Source of the DNA: a virus | Taxonomy: Duplodnaviria; Caudoviricetes | Direction: 5' to 3' (one strand) | IMG/VR virus record: IMGVR_UViG_3300028624_000003 | Location: 1 to 64,000 of that record | Length of the DNA: 64,000 nt | In this document: piece by piece, positions 19,650 to 28,907 of the stretch | Numbering within the stretch: the stretch's first letter is position 1 | Layout: each line of letters starts with the position of its first letter | The notes under the pieces: generated by a model | Told to the model about the DNA's origin: nothing | Database searches by the model: none | What the model saw: the letters and a program-made list of their open reading frames with translations, nothing else | Translations under genes and position numbers: made by a program

Positions 19650-21857
19650 ATGGCTAATTTCGCATTCAAAGAGAAAACGTACACTGCGGAAGAAGTGGTT
19701 CGATCGAGGATGACCGACTTCGGTGCAGCTGTCGCTGCCGACAAAGTTGCATCAGTTGTCGATGGTCTGAAGTCAGGATATCGGCGAATACTTTGGGCTG
19801 CAAGAAAGCTCACTTCGCAAACCGTACTTTCTCAGTTCGCTGGTAACGTCATTGAAGTCCATCCAGTAGGGGACAAGAGCATCACTGATGCGTGTATCCG
19901 TTGTGCACAGGAATTCTCTCTCGGTGTAACACTTATCGAAGGGAAAGGTAACTTCGGTAGCTACGACTCGGACGATGCTGGTGCACCACGATACACGAAA
20001 GTCAAACTTTCGAGTTTTGCACAGGAAGTTTTCTTCGATGGTGTCAACGAAAAGACGATACCAATGAAAGAAACTGAAAACTTCATGAGTATCGAACCTA
20101 TATGGCTCATTCCTCGTCTTCCCACTACACTGCTGTTCTACAGCATGACTCTTGGCTCAGGGTTTCGTACGGAATCATATCCCCGAAATCTGGAGAACGT
20201 GTGCACCTTGGTAGAGATGCTGGTGGAATCACGCAGTCAAGGAATTCCTCTTGACATGAATAAAGTGGCTCCGCTGCTCATTCCTGACTTCCCGATAGCT
20301 AACGTGATTCGGAATAGTGGTCAGGTTCAGCAGCAGTATGCTGCAGGTAACTTCAAAGTACCTCTCAGTGTAGATGGTCTCGTAGACATCGACGGAAATG
20401 AAATCACGCTCAAGACATCAGCTTACAGCCTTCCATTTCCTCGAGTGTTCGATTCTCTTAAAGCAATGCTCGATGACAAGAACTCATGGATTCACAACGT
20501 CGCCAACCAGTGCGAAAACCTCGGTAACAGATCTTACGAAGGGAGAATTGTCGTTACGGTTAAACGTACGGCAAATCCGTTTGACGTGGCGATTCGTCTG
20601 ATCAAAGATCTCGGAATAAACCGAGTGATGCGCGAACGTCCTACCTTTGTCACTCGGAGTGGTGGTCTGGTAGAAAAGACACCACTTGAACTTCTGAACA
20701 TCTGGTACAACATCAGAAGAGAGTCCATTGTCTCGGGTGTTCGCTATGACCAGATCAACGTATCGCGACAGATATTGGAGAAAGAAGTATCTCTGCTCGT
20801 CGCAGACCGCTGGGACGAAGTTGAACGTATTGTTCGTGACAAATCGAACAATTACGATCAAGTGATAGAAAAGCTTATGGATCGCTTTGAGCTTTCCAGA
20901 ATGCGTGCGAAGATTCTCGCAAACACACCGATCATTAACGCGAACGCGATGACTCGTGATAGCGTGTATGAAGAAATAGAAGCGCTTCGCAAGAAGGCGC
21001 TGATCATCAAGTCCAGACTCGATACGGCACAAGACGTGATCTATCGAGATGCAGAACAGTTCAAGAAGAAGTACCGTAAACCACGCAGAACCAGAATAGA
21101 TCCATACATGGGCTACATTCTGGTGAAAGGTTGCGACATCCATCAATTTGCAGATCTCGACGAATGTAAGAGGCTGTTGAAATCTTTTCCAGGATCTCTG
21201 GCATTCATGTACTACGATGTCAAGAAATTGGCACCGAAAATGTACGCAGTGGATGGAGTACCTTCGAGAACAGTGGAGCACGTTCTTCCTCGCATCCTTC
21301 ATGCTACCAGAATCTATCAGATTCCTACGACAGGTCATACATACTCGGTCTGCATCACTGACGAAACCGCGAGCATCGCTAACAGTGTAATGGAACCCAA
21401 GGAAGGGGTGAGTTACATTGTGGGTGACCGATTCTGTGGTATCTTCGTTGACGGTACTGTAGAGCAGATGACATCGAAGAGTCTGACCAAACGTAGAGGA
21501 GAAGGTAAAAGAGGTGCCAGATCAGATCTGGCGTTTGTGATACCTTCACAGATAGGTGATTGCGTCGTAGCTTACATGAACAAGTTGGACAATGCTACCT
21601 TGTTCCTGAGTAAGATCGATGCGAATACCACAAAGATTCCGCTGTCCCTGATGGATAAGACAGAATTCCTCGAGATCATTCCTCTCAAGAGTAAGACCCC
21701 GTGGATTCTGAATCTTCCTGAATGGGCTAACGGTAGCTACACTCATGCGATCGTTAACGATATCTCTGCGACGATGGATGGGAAAGCTACACTTGCAGTC
21801 AAACTCGGTCGAAAGATGGAAAAAGACTACGACTTGAATTCCGCGATCACGATCTAG
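19650..21857 (+). CDS. gyrA: type IIA topoisomerase/DNA gyrase subunit A
   Basis: DGLKSGYRRIL, HPVGD, GNFGS, catalytic APRYT, PDFP; GGAGGAG RBS. Confidence 0.92.
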   Translation: MANFAFKEKTYTAEEVVRSRMTDFGAAVAADKVASVVDGLKSGYRRILWAARKLTSQTVLSQFAGNVIEVHPVGDKSITDACIRCAQEFSLGVTLIEGKGNFGSYDSDDAGAPRYTKVKLSSFAQEVFFDGVNEKTIPMKETENFMSIEPIWLIPRLPTTLLFYSMTLGSGFRTESYPRNLENVCTLVEMLVESRSQGIPLDMNKVAPLLIPDFPIANVIRNSGQVQQQYAAGNFKVPLSVDGLVDIDGNEITLKTSAYSLPFPRVFDSLKAMLDDKNSWIHNVANQCENLGNRSYEGRIVVTVKRTANPFDVAIRLIKDLGINRVMRERPTFVTRSGGLVEKTPLELLNIWYNIRRESIVSGVRYDQINVSRQILEKEVSLLVADRWDEVERIVRDKSNNYDQVIEKLMDRFELSRMRAKILANTPIINANAMTRDSVYEEIEALRKKALIIKSRLDTAQDVIYRDAEQFKKKYRKPRRTRIDPYMGYILVKGCDIHQFADLDECKRLLKSFPGSLAFMYYDVKKLAPKMYAVDGVPSRTVEHVLPRILHATRIYQIPTTGHTYSVCITDETASIANSVMEPKEGVSYIVGDRFCGIFVDGTVEQMTSKSLTKRRGEGKRGARSDLAFVIPSQIGDCVVAYMNKLDNATLFLSKIDANTTKIPLSLMDKTEFLEIIPLKSKTPWILNLPEWANGSYTHAIVNDISATMDGKATLAVKLGRKMEKDYDLNSAITI

Positions 21858-21947
21858 TGGATGATAGGAGAGTGCCTCGAGGCACTCTCCTATCCATAGA
21901 TTCTATGCTATCATTTTGTACGTTTACTCCACACCGAGGGTTCTATA

Positions 21948-22625
21948 ATGGCTAAAAATTCACGTAAACTCGCGGAAGAGCACATACTGAAAACCATCAC
22001 ACTGATGGATCCTAGTGGGTTCAACACTGAAAGGTATAAGAAATTTTTTTCATCGATGAGTGATGCTCAGTTCGATGACTACATGAAGAAGCTCAGAGAC
22101 AAAAAGGTAAAACTCATTGTGTCTGCACCTAACCTGAAAGTATTCCTAAAGAATGCTGATCTACTTAAGGCTGCAAATGCACTAAACCTGAAGTTGTTCG
22201 AACGTCTCAAGTTAAAGGACGAAATAACTGGTACTGAGTACATCACCCCGCACAAGTACTTAGTACTCAAATTACCTGTGCGTCGAGCTAGGCAGTTTCT
22301 CATGCACAAACTGTCGGTAGCAGAGAGTGATAAGAAGATAGACGTACTTACTGGTCAGGTAACCAAACCAGACCAAGCATCGTCTATCTCATTTGTTGAA
22401 GCAGAACTACTTCATTCCCGTGGACTCGATAATACTCTACTTGAGTTCATGAAGATTCGTGGTGGTGATATCCATGCATTTGCTTCGATGAAACAACAGT
22501 TGGAAGACAACGGAGAAGTTCATCTCGCTTCTATTGACCAAGCGTCAGTTCCTCGTAGTGCAATTGTCATGAAGATCGTACTACAATGTATGTACTTGGA
22601 TAACAACTTTGTGGAAGGAGTCTAG
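21948..22625 (+). CDS. virion RNA polymerase beta subunit, C-terminal fragment (phiKZ gp149-like)
   Basis: YLVLKL..IDVLTGQV..SISFVEAELLHSRGLDNTLLEFMKIRGGD parallels the RpoB C-terminus (YMLKL..SLVTQQP..GEMEVWAL..LQEMLTVKSDD). Confidence 0.75.
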   Translation: MAKNSRKLAEEHILKTITLMDPSGFNTERYKKFFSSMSDAQFDDYMKKLRDKKVKLIVSAPNLKVFLKNADLLKAANALNLKLFERLKLKDEITGTEYITPHKYLVLKLPVRRARQFLMHKLSVAESDKKIDVLTGQVTKPDQASSISFVEAELLHSRGLDNTLLEFMKIRGGDIHAFASMKQQLEDNGEVHLASIDQASVPRSAIVMKIVLQCMYLDNNFVEGV

Positions 22626-22627
22626 TC

Positions 22628-23989
22628 ATGGGGATCGATGATCTCATTCAGGGACTTGCAGATAAACTGAGGTCTACTCCTTCTGCCACGAATATGCTGA
22701 AGACCTCACCGAAAGATACTGCGGCTGCGCTAGGGACTACCGCAAGTTCATTTGGCTCTTCGAGAAGTACTGACATCGGGCTAGGTGGTACTTCGAGCGA
22801 ATCTAAAGCGAAAGCCGCGACTATCGCTAATTCACTGAAGACAACTCAGCAGGGTGTTTCAGGAAAGAATGAGTTCAGTGCAGTTGTACCAGAAGTGGCA
22901 TTTGTTACATCTACCAATCAGAAAGCCATAGACAACCCGGAACTGGTAGCAGCAGAAAATGCCATCGATGTGAAAGCATTCTCAGATGCTGACATGGCTA
23001 AGATTCGGGAAATGTCTGGAGAGGATCAGCCAAAGGACGATAGTGTCTTTGGCTGGCTGAAGAACTTTCAGCAGACGTCTGCAGGACAAACAGGTGATCT
23101 CGACGAAAATATGCAAGCGGCTGACAAACCAGAATTGTCGCCCGTGCAGTCACTCGGAAGAGCTGCAGGAAGTACATTAAAGACAGCTACAGATCCTCGT
23201 GCAATGAGCCAGAAGGCAGAAGAGAACCTCGAGTTTCTTCCTCCGAATATGCGTTCGTCAGTAGGTGGGATCGTAGGTAGATCTTCTGGGCAGATAGCAG
23301 ACAGAGCAAGCCGAGTAACCAATCGTATCAGTGCCGTCAATGATGCAGGTGCGAACATTGCGACGGTACTCGGTATGGGTGAATACTATCCTGAAGTCAC
23401 TGACGAATACGGTAGACCCGTCAAAGGTGTCGCAGGAAAAGATGCATCATATCGAGCAATCGATGGGCTTTACAACGATGCGTCTTATCTCTGTTCTAAC
23501 GTAGGCAAAGACTTCAGTGAATTTGGTTCACTCAAGGATGCGTACGATATTCTTCTTGCTGCAGCAATGGGATCCGGTCTAGCCAGATTGGTGCGTCAGT
23601 TGATGGAGTGTGATAAGTACTACGATCAAAGATCGAATACTGTCGCATACCAAGGAAGCCGAATGGCCATGTATCGTGGCGATCCGTATACTGTCAATGC
23701 AGGACAAGACATGTACGGAAGAAGTCGTGCGTATGATCCGAGGTATACTTCGCGCACCATGATATCGAACATGGAGTATGATCAAGACAACCTCGACGAA
23801 TACGACAACTATCTGCGTAGTCACAACCTTACCAGACGACAAGTACTAGAGGATGAGTACGCTCCTCCCGGTACTTTGTCTGCCCGACAAATGTCTGCGA
23901 CGTCAGTGAATAACTCACGATTTGTCAAAGACACTGTAGGCGGTGATACCGCTAGCATGGGTCTCAGTTTGCTGAATATGTTCGGATGA
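22628..23989 (+). CDS. putative virion structural/internal protein
   Basis: 453-aa Ala/Ser/Gly-rich ORF starting 2 bp after the vRNAP subunit gene. Confidence 0.6.
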   Translation: MGIDDLIQGLADKLRSTPSATNMLKTSPKDTAAALGTTASSFGSSRSTDIGLGGTSSESKAKAATIANSLKTTQQGVSGKNEFSAVVPEVAFVTSTNQKAIDNPELVAAENAIDVKAFSDADMAKIREMSGEDQPKDDSVFGWLKNFQQTSAGQTGDLDENMQAADKPELSPVQSLGRAAGSTLKTATDPRAMSQKAEENLEFLPPNMRSSVGGIVGRSSGQIADRASRVTNRISAVNDAGANIATVLGMGEYYPEVTDEYGRPVKGVAGKDASYRAIDGLYNDASYLCSNVGKDFSEFGSLKDAYDILLAAAMGSGLARLVRQLMECDKYYDQRSNTVAYQGSRMAMYRGDPYTVNAGQDMYGRSRAYDPRYTSRTMISNMEYDQDNLDEYDNYLRSHNLTRRQVLEDEYAPPGTLSARQMSATSVNNSRFVKDTVGGDTASMGLSLLNMFG

Positions 23990-24041
23990 TTCTTATACGG
24001 ATGAGTGGAGGCCTGCCGCCTCCACTCATCTGGTCTTTACG

Positions 24042-24059
24042 TATATATTACTTAGTTGA
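24042..24059 (+). promoter_or_regulatory. phiKZ-type early promoter (nvRNAP operon)
   Basis: TATATATTAC-TTAGT-TGA. Confidence 0.75.
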
Positions 24060-24106
24060 TGAGCCTTCCGGATTTGTTTTAGCATTAGCTGAAAAAGGAA
24101 TTCCCC

Positions 24107-25396
24107 ATGCACACGCAGCCCACGCGCATCAAACTCCAATCTGATAAAGTTGCGTATCCTCCACACCGCGACAAGAACAGTGCGCTGTTCTACGAGCTAG
24201 CCGTGTACAATTATACTGACAGTGATGTATTTATGTCAGACTCGACAGGGGTAGTTCACGCTATCCCTGCGCGTACCGGTTACACGACAACTGCTCGTTA
24301 TCTGAAGATAGTCTTGCGTGCGACCTTTATGACTGACCGTGCGTTCGACCGACAAAACGTAGAGATTCCTGACCCCAACGGTACTGAGGTGTACAAGTAT
24401 GAAGTCTCTCAGTATGATCTAAGAAGAAGCGCTGGGGCTTTTCTCACGCAACTGGCTTTACTTTTTGCTGCCACAGAAGTAAAGGCAAAGAACAATCATC
24501 CGTATACAAAAGATGCATTCGAAGCACGAGTAAGAACCACAGTAGCTGCAGAATTGGATGCGTATCATGCTGCACCACTGATGTGCATCGCGAACGATCC
24601 GACAGGTAGAGTCAAAAAGTTACATTTCGCAATAGGTGATGCGATGTATTGTGCAGATGTTCGTAACGACATGGAACGAGCATCGACTTGTGATTTACGT
24701 ATTCTAGGAGATCATGGAGCATATGACGTCGTGTCGTTCAATATGAACGACGTGGCTAAATCCATTCAAACTTTAGTGTATCAGGATCTGGAGCTGATTG
24801 CATCTGCGGACATAATGGAGATTAGGTCATATCTCCACGAAAAGAAATTGTCGCCAGATCAGACAATCACCAAATCCATGCACGAAAGGTTACTCAAACA
24901 AGGTCTGAACGATTTGCAAACGGAATGCAGTCAACTCAAAGTCAAACTACAAGATGCAGAGTTTAAACTAGCTTCCGCGCAGAATACTTGTAAGACGCTC
25001 AATGAGCGTATCATGATGATCGAGCAAGCAGACGACCTTGCTCGAAAAAGATCGGATGACCGTCAGTCCGCAGAAATAAAACAACAGACGGAAGAAATAA
25101 AATTGACCAAGGAGCGAGTGTCTGCAGCATCTGCAGATATCGGTGCAGCAGGCAGTATCATCAAAACTGCAGCAGTCGCAGTCCCTGCCATGGTAGGGTT
25201 TGCTCTTTGGACAAAATCCACCGCACAAGCTGCAGGACTTGTAGCTTCAGCTGGTGTAGGACTACCCGCTGTAGCGACTGTTGCGATCGGTGTCGCAGTT
25301 GCTGGGGTTGTCACGACGTGTGGTAAAGATATCTGGGATGGTGTTTGTAGCGCGGGCAGATCTATCTGGAACGGGATATGCTCGTTATTTTCTTAG
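24107..25396 (+). CDS. early coiled-coil protein with C-terminal hydrophobic hairpin
   Basis: Coiled coil followed by Ala/Gly/Val-rich helices and a repeated IW.G.CS amphipathic tail. Confidence 0.7.
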   Translation: MHTQPTRIKLQSDKVAYPPHRDKNSALFYELAVYNYTDSDVFMSDSTGVVHAIPARTGYTTTARYLKIVLRATFMTDRAFDRQNVEIPDPNGTEVYKYEVSQYDLRRSAGAFLTQLALLFAATEVKAKNNHPYTKDAFEARVRTTVAAELDAYHAAPLMCIANDPTGRVKKLHFAIGDAMYCADVRNDMERASTCDLRILGDHGAYDVVSFNMNDVAKSIQTLVYQDLELIASADIMEIRSYLHEKKLSPDQTITKSMHERLLKQGLNDLQTECSQLKVKLQDAEFKLASAQNTCKTLNERIMMIEQADDLARKRSDDRQSAEIKQQTEEIKLTKERVSAASADIGAAGSIIKTAAVAVPAMVGFALWTKSTAQAAGLVASAGVGLPAVATVAIGVAVAGVVTTCGKDIWDGVCSAGRSIWNGICSLFS

Positions 25397-25415
25397 CACC
25401 TAAGGAGGACTTACC

Positions 25416-27083
25416 TTGGAAAGAACACCAGAAGACGACATTCTGGATGCGTGTGCTGCGGCATTGCCTGCACCGAATGAGTACCTACTCAAAATGTACC
25501 GCCAGGATCAGATCAATGGATGTCTCCGATTCATGGAGATGGTGTTCGTAGAAGCCACCAGACTTTTCGGAGGATCGGTTCAGTACCTCGGGAGTAAAAT
25601 CCTTGGCCCTGCAGAACAGCTGGAAGTGATGAATAGCAAGTCGCGAAATGCGATGACAGTTGACATCGTACCTTCCGAACTCTCCTTGGCGAATTTCGAG
25701 TTCGCGTATCTGTACGAAGAAAATGGGATCTCCCGTCGAGAGACGTTTAAGATTCCTCTCTATCTGCCCTATCTGAGAGACAACGCCATCATCATCAATG
25801 GCTCCAAGTACTACATCCAGTTCGCTCTGACAGACAGAGTCTTTTACCACATCGAAAAAGATGATGGAATCGGGATCAAGGTACTTCGGGCCCACTTGCG
25901 GTTCTGCCGAAGCATCCGGCATCAATACGCCAGTCTTTCAGGACAACGCTATTCCGACCAGATCATTCAGGTTCAAGCGCACATGCACAAGTACAAGTAC
26001 ACCGTGGAAGACATTCGTCCCGCGTTGTTACTTTACCCGTTATCGCAATGCGGGTTCAACGCTACGCTAGCCAGATATGGCATCGATCCTGCGGACGTAG
26101 ACATCGTGAAGTTCTGGAACCGAGAGGATACTGCCAACGAGTATTTTGCAATCCGTAACAGTGATGGTAATACTCCTGGGCTGTACCTCAAGGTCAATAG
26201 CAACCTGATTGAAACAGGAGTAGATACCCAGTCCCGAGTATCCTCCAGAGTCATCACATCGTTGCATTACGTTTTGCAGTATTTTGCGAGATGTAAGAAG
26301 ACGATGTATACCGATAACGAAACCCTGATTCCGCTTATTAAGAGCGAAACGAACTTCGACATATGGCGCATCATTCTAGGCCGTGCAATCTACGGATTGA
26401 ACTACGGTAACGAGGCGCTGGTGTGCAACTACACCGAAAACCATCTGGACAGTCTGCGCACGTACATCGACCCGCACACTGCACAGAAGTTGAACGATGA
26501 GGGAGTGGAATGCCGGGACATCCTCGACCTCATGGATTACGTGTTCCTGAACATCGACTCATACGTCGTGGCACATAAGCCATCGAATCTGTTCCACAAG
26601 CGGATCAACGTACTGGACTTGCTGTTCGGTAGTGTAGTTCGTAGACTGTTCACAAAGATCTACAAACACACTAACAACAACAGGAAAGGACGAAAGATCA
26701 CTGTGCGACATATCGAAGCACTCTTCCGAATCCCTCCGCGAGCTTTCACCCAGATGAACCGTGGTGGTGCAGTTGTTGCGATCAACCCCGCAAGGTATCA
26801 TGACAACTATCTGATCACAGTCGGCGGAAGAAAGATGCGTGCTACACATAGCGCGAATACGGGTGGAAATAAGAAATCCAAGAGTGGTGGCAGTCACATG
26901 TCATCGCCTGAGCATTGTTATCATCCGAGTTGGTTGTACGTCGAGTCGTACGGTGAAGTGAGTCACACGAATCCGGACATCGCAGGTACGATCAACATGT
27001 TCCTACCGATCACGCAGAAAGGAACAATCATCGTCGAAGATTACGGAAAGTTCATAGATCAGGTCCTTTCCGAATACTTATAA
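25416..27083 (+). CDS. non-virion RNA polymerase beta subunit, N-terminal fragment (phiKZ gp123-like)
   Basis: IPLYLPYL..IIINGSKYYI, NLFHKRI and YHPSW..VES..NP match RpoB N-half motifs (IINGTERV, HLGNRR, VHPTH..IETPEG); early operon. Confidence 0.75.
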   Translation: MERTPEDDILDACAAALPAPNEYLLKMYRQDQINGCLRFMEMVFVEATRLFGGSVQYLGSKILGPAEQLEVMNSKSRNAMTVDIVPSELSLANFEFAYLYEENGISRRETFKIPLYLPYLRDNAIIINGSKYYIQFALTDRVFYHIEKDDGIGIKVLRAHLRFCRSIRHQYASLSGQRYSDQIIQVQAHMHKYKYTVEDIRPALLLYPLSQCGFNATLARYGIDPADVDIVKFWNREDTANEYFAIRNSDGNTPGLYLKVNSNLIETGVDTQSRVSSRVITSLHYVLQYFARCKKTMYTDNETLIPLIKSETNFDIWRIILGRAIYGLNYGNEALVCNYTENHLDSLRTYIDPHTAQKLNDEGVECRDILDLMDYVFLNIDSYVVAHKPSNLFHKRINVLDLLFGSVVRRLFTKIYKHTNNNRKGRKITVRHIEALFRIPPRAFTQMNRGGAVVAINPARYHDNYLITVGGRKMRATHSANTGGNKKSKSGGSHMSSPEHCYHPSWLYVESYGEVSHTNPDIAGTINMFLPITQKGTIIVEDYGKFIDQVLSEYL

Positions 27084-27109
27084 CTCAATTACCATAGAGG
27101 TGAGTTAAC

Positions 27110-28633
27110 GTGAGTTACTACCGCAATTCGCAGCAGCTGTCCGATGTCGAGTATAACCGCATGTGCGATGGTGTTGATCAGGTCATCGAAAGTGTGTGCG
27201 GTTTCATGCGAATCCCCCGACGAGAAGCTGACGACATCCTGCGACATCTTCGGAATACCCTGGACTACGAACGGTTGGTTCTGGGGTGCACCGACAGTCG
27301 CGGACGTGTGAACGAACAAGAGCTGGCTGCAAATCTGGAAGTAATCATCGAAGATCTGATCGCACCTTCGCGACCCCGAGGACGTGGTATCGCTCCACAG
27401 TTTCCTCAGCAGCAGCAAACCAGGGGATTCGGGAGTGTCACAATACCGACACGAAGCGATCCCATGGAAGACAAGCTCAACCCGTTCGCCAAACCTGCTC
27501 CGCAACGATCCGCAGAGCCAGCAAATGCTGCGGCCACTCCTCCTCCGCCAAAGATAAAAGCGTGGGAAGTGAAGGACGCAGATGCTGATCTCCTTCAGAG
27601 CCTCACTGTTGCGGATATACCGAATTCCGGAGTGGTCGGCAGCGATCTGTTCACACTGGCAAACTCTGTGCGATTCGACTCACGTATCGGTGTGGTCACG
27701 TTTGCAAACATCATCACTCCGCATGCGACTCCGTCGCCTGAAGATATGTTCAATCTCGTACGACATGCGATCCCGCATGTGGTGTCTGCACCCAAGTGGT
27801 GCATCGCTCTCACGTACTTCCAAGTGGAGTATGCCCGAGTAGATAACTACGCCGGAGTCCAAGTCAAGAACATCATCGATGATCTTTCGCGCAAGCTGAG
27901 AGATTGCAAGAACTTCCCCGACCTGCTCTCTTCGGTAGTCCCGATACTGAACAATCCGACGACGCCGAAGATCGTGAGCAAGCGGCTCATGACTCTCGTT
28001 AACCGATACCTGAAGACCTTCTTCAGATCGACCGAGAATCCCACCAAATACCCAAAGATCAGTGAGTGGAGCGATCTGTACGAGTTCACGAATCGCGGAT
28101 CGACCATACTTCGCGAATTCATGATCATCGACGGCATCGAGAAACGTATCTGGAACGTGATGCGTTCCGCGTTCGAAATTGGTCTAGGTTCTGACAGACT
28201 GCGAACCATCGTGACCACGGATGACGAGAATATGAGTCTCATCGCAAGTCTCCCGCTTCCGGTGCTTTCTGGAAAGCATCCGTTGAGGGATTACTTCATT
28301 GTACCGTCGGAAACTCAGAAAGATCTGAAGCTTCAACTGGATCGCGACTGGCTGATCATGAAGTCCCCGACAGTTCTGATGATCACGAACATCGAAAAGG
28401 AGCACATCCTCACTGATGCACACGCGACGGTTGTGCTGCCCAAGGGATGGTCCAGCCATGTACATGGCATGGTAAATGACATGTTCGAATTCCAGTACCA
28501 GGTCACCGAGCAAGGGGGTTTCGCGTACCCTCCTGTTACTTTGTTGTGCGGCTGTGACGACAACTACCGCACCAAATGGTCTACCATGATCTCGCATAGC
28601 GTGGACGGTGCATTCGTGTACTCGAAGATCTAA
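27110..28633 (+). CDS. hypothetical protein
   Basis: 507-aa ORF with a GAGGTG RBS; GCAA-type hairpin at 28635-28665. Confidence 0.75.
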   Translation: MSYYRNSQQLSDVEYNRMCDGVDQVIESVCGFMRIPRREADDILRHLRNTLDYERLVLGCTDSRGRVNEQELAANLEVIIEDLIAPSRPRGRGIAPQFPQQQQTRGFGSVTIPTRSDPMEDKLNPFAKPAPQRSAEPANAAATPPPPKIKAWEVKDADADLLQSLTVADIPNSGVVGSDLFTLANSVRFDSRIGVVTFANIITPHATPSPEDMFNLVRHAIPHVVSAPKWCIALTYFQVEYARVDNYAGVQVKNIIDDLSRKLRDCKNFPDLLSSVVPILNNPTTPKIVSKRLMTLVNRYLKTFFRSTENPTKYPKISEWSDLYEFTNRGSTILREFMIIDGIEKRIWNVMRSAFEIGLGSDRLRTIVTTDDENMSLIASLPLPVLSGKHPLRDYFIVPSETQKDLKLQLDRDWLIMKSPTVLMITNIEKEHILTDAHATVVLPKGWSSHVHGMVNDMFEFQYQVTEQGGFAYPPVTLLCGCDDNYRTKWSTMISHSVDGAFVYSKI

Positions 28634-28697
28634 TGACATGGGAGGACGCAAGGTCCTCCCGTGTCTCAGCAGCGTCTTATAGCGACGGATGTCGCTC

Positions 28698-28830
28698 CTG
28701 TCTCTCAGTTCAGTCGGATGACTGCTAGGAGAAAGATAACTACCACACACAACGCACATACAGTGAGTTAGTGTAATGGAAAGTGTCTTTTTCCTAGCAG
28801 TCTCAGAATACTGCGAGATGACAGTTTTTT
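28698..28830 (+). ncRNA. candidate rod-shaped small RNA or ligase leader
   Basis: 19-bp helix 28720-28738/28784-28802 (2 G-U), outer helix 28698-28709/28810-28824, then T6. Confidence 0.4.
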
Positions 28831-28907
28831 CTCCTAGCCTCACTTCAAATCTTACGGGGAGTGATTACTCTATACGGGTATACTCACAACTCACGGAGAT
28901 TTCCAAA

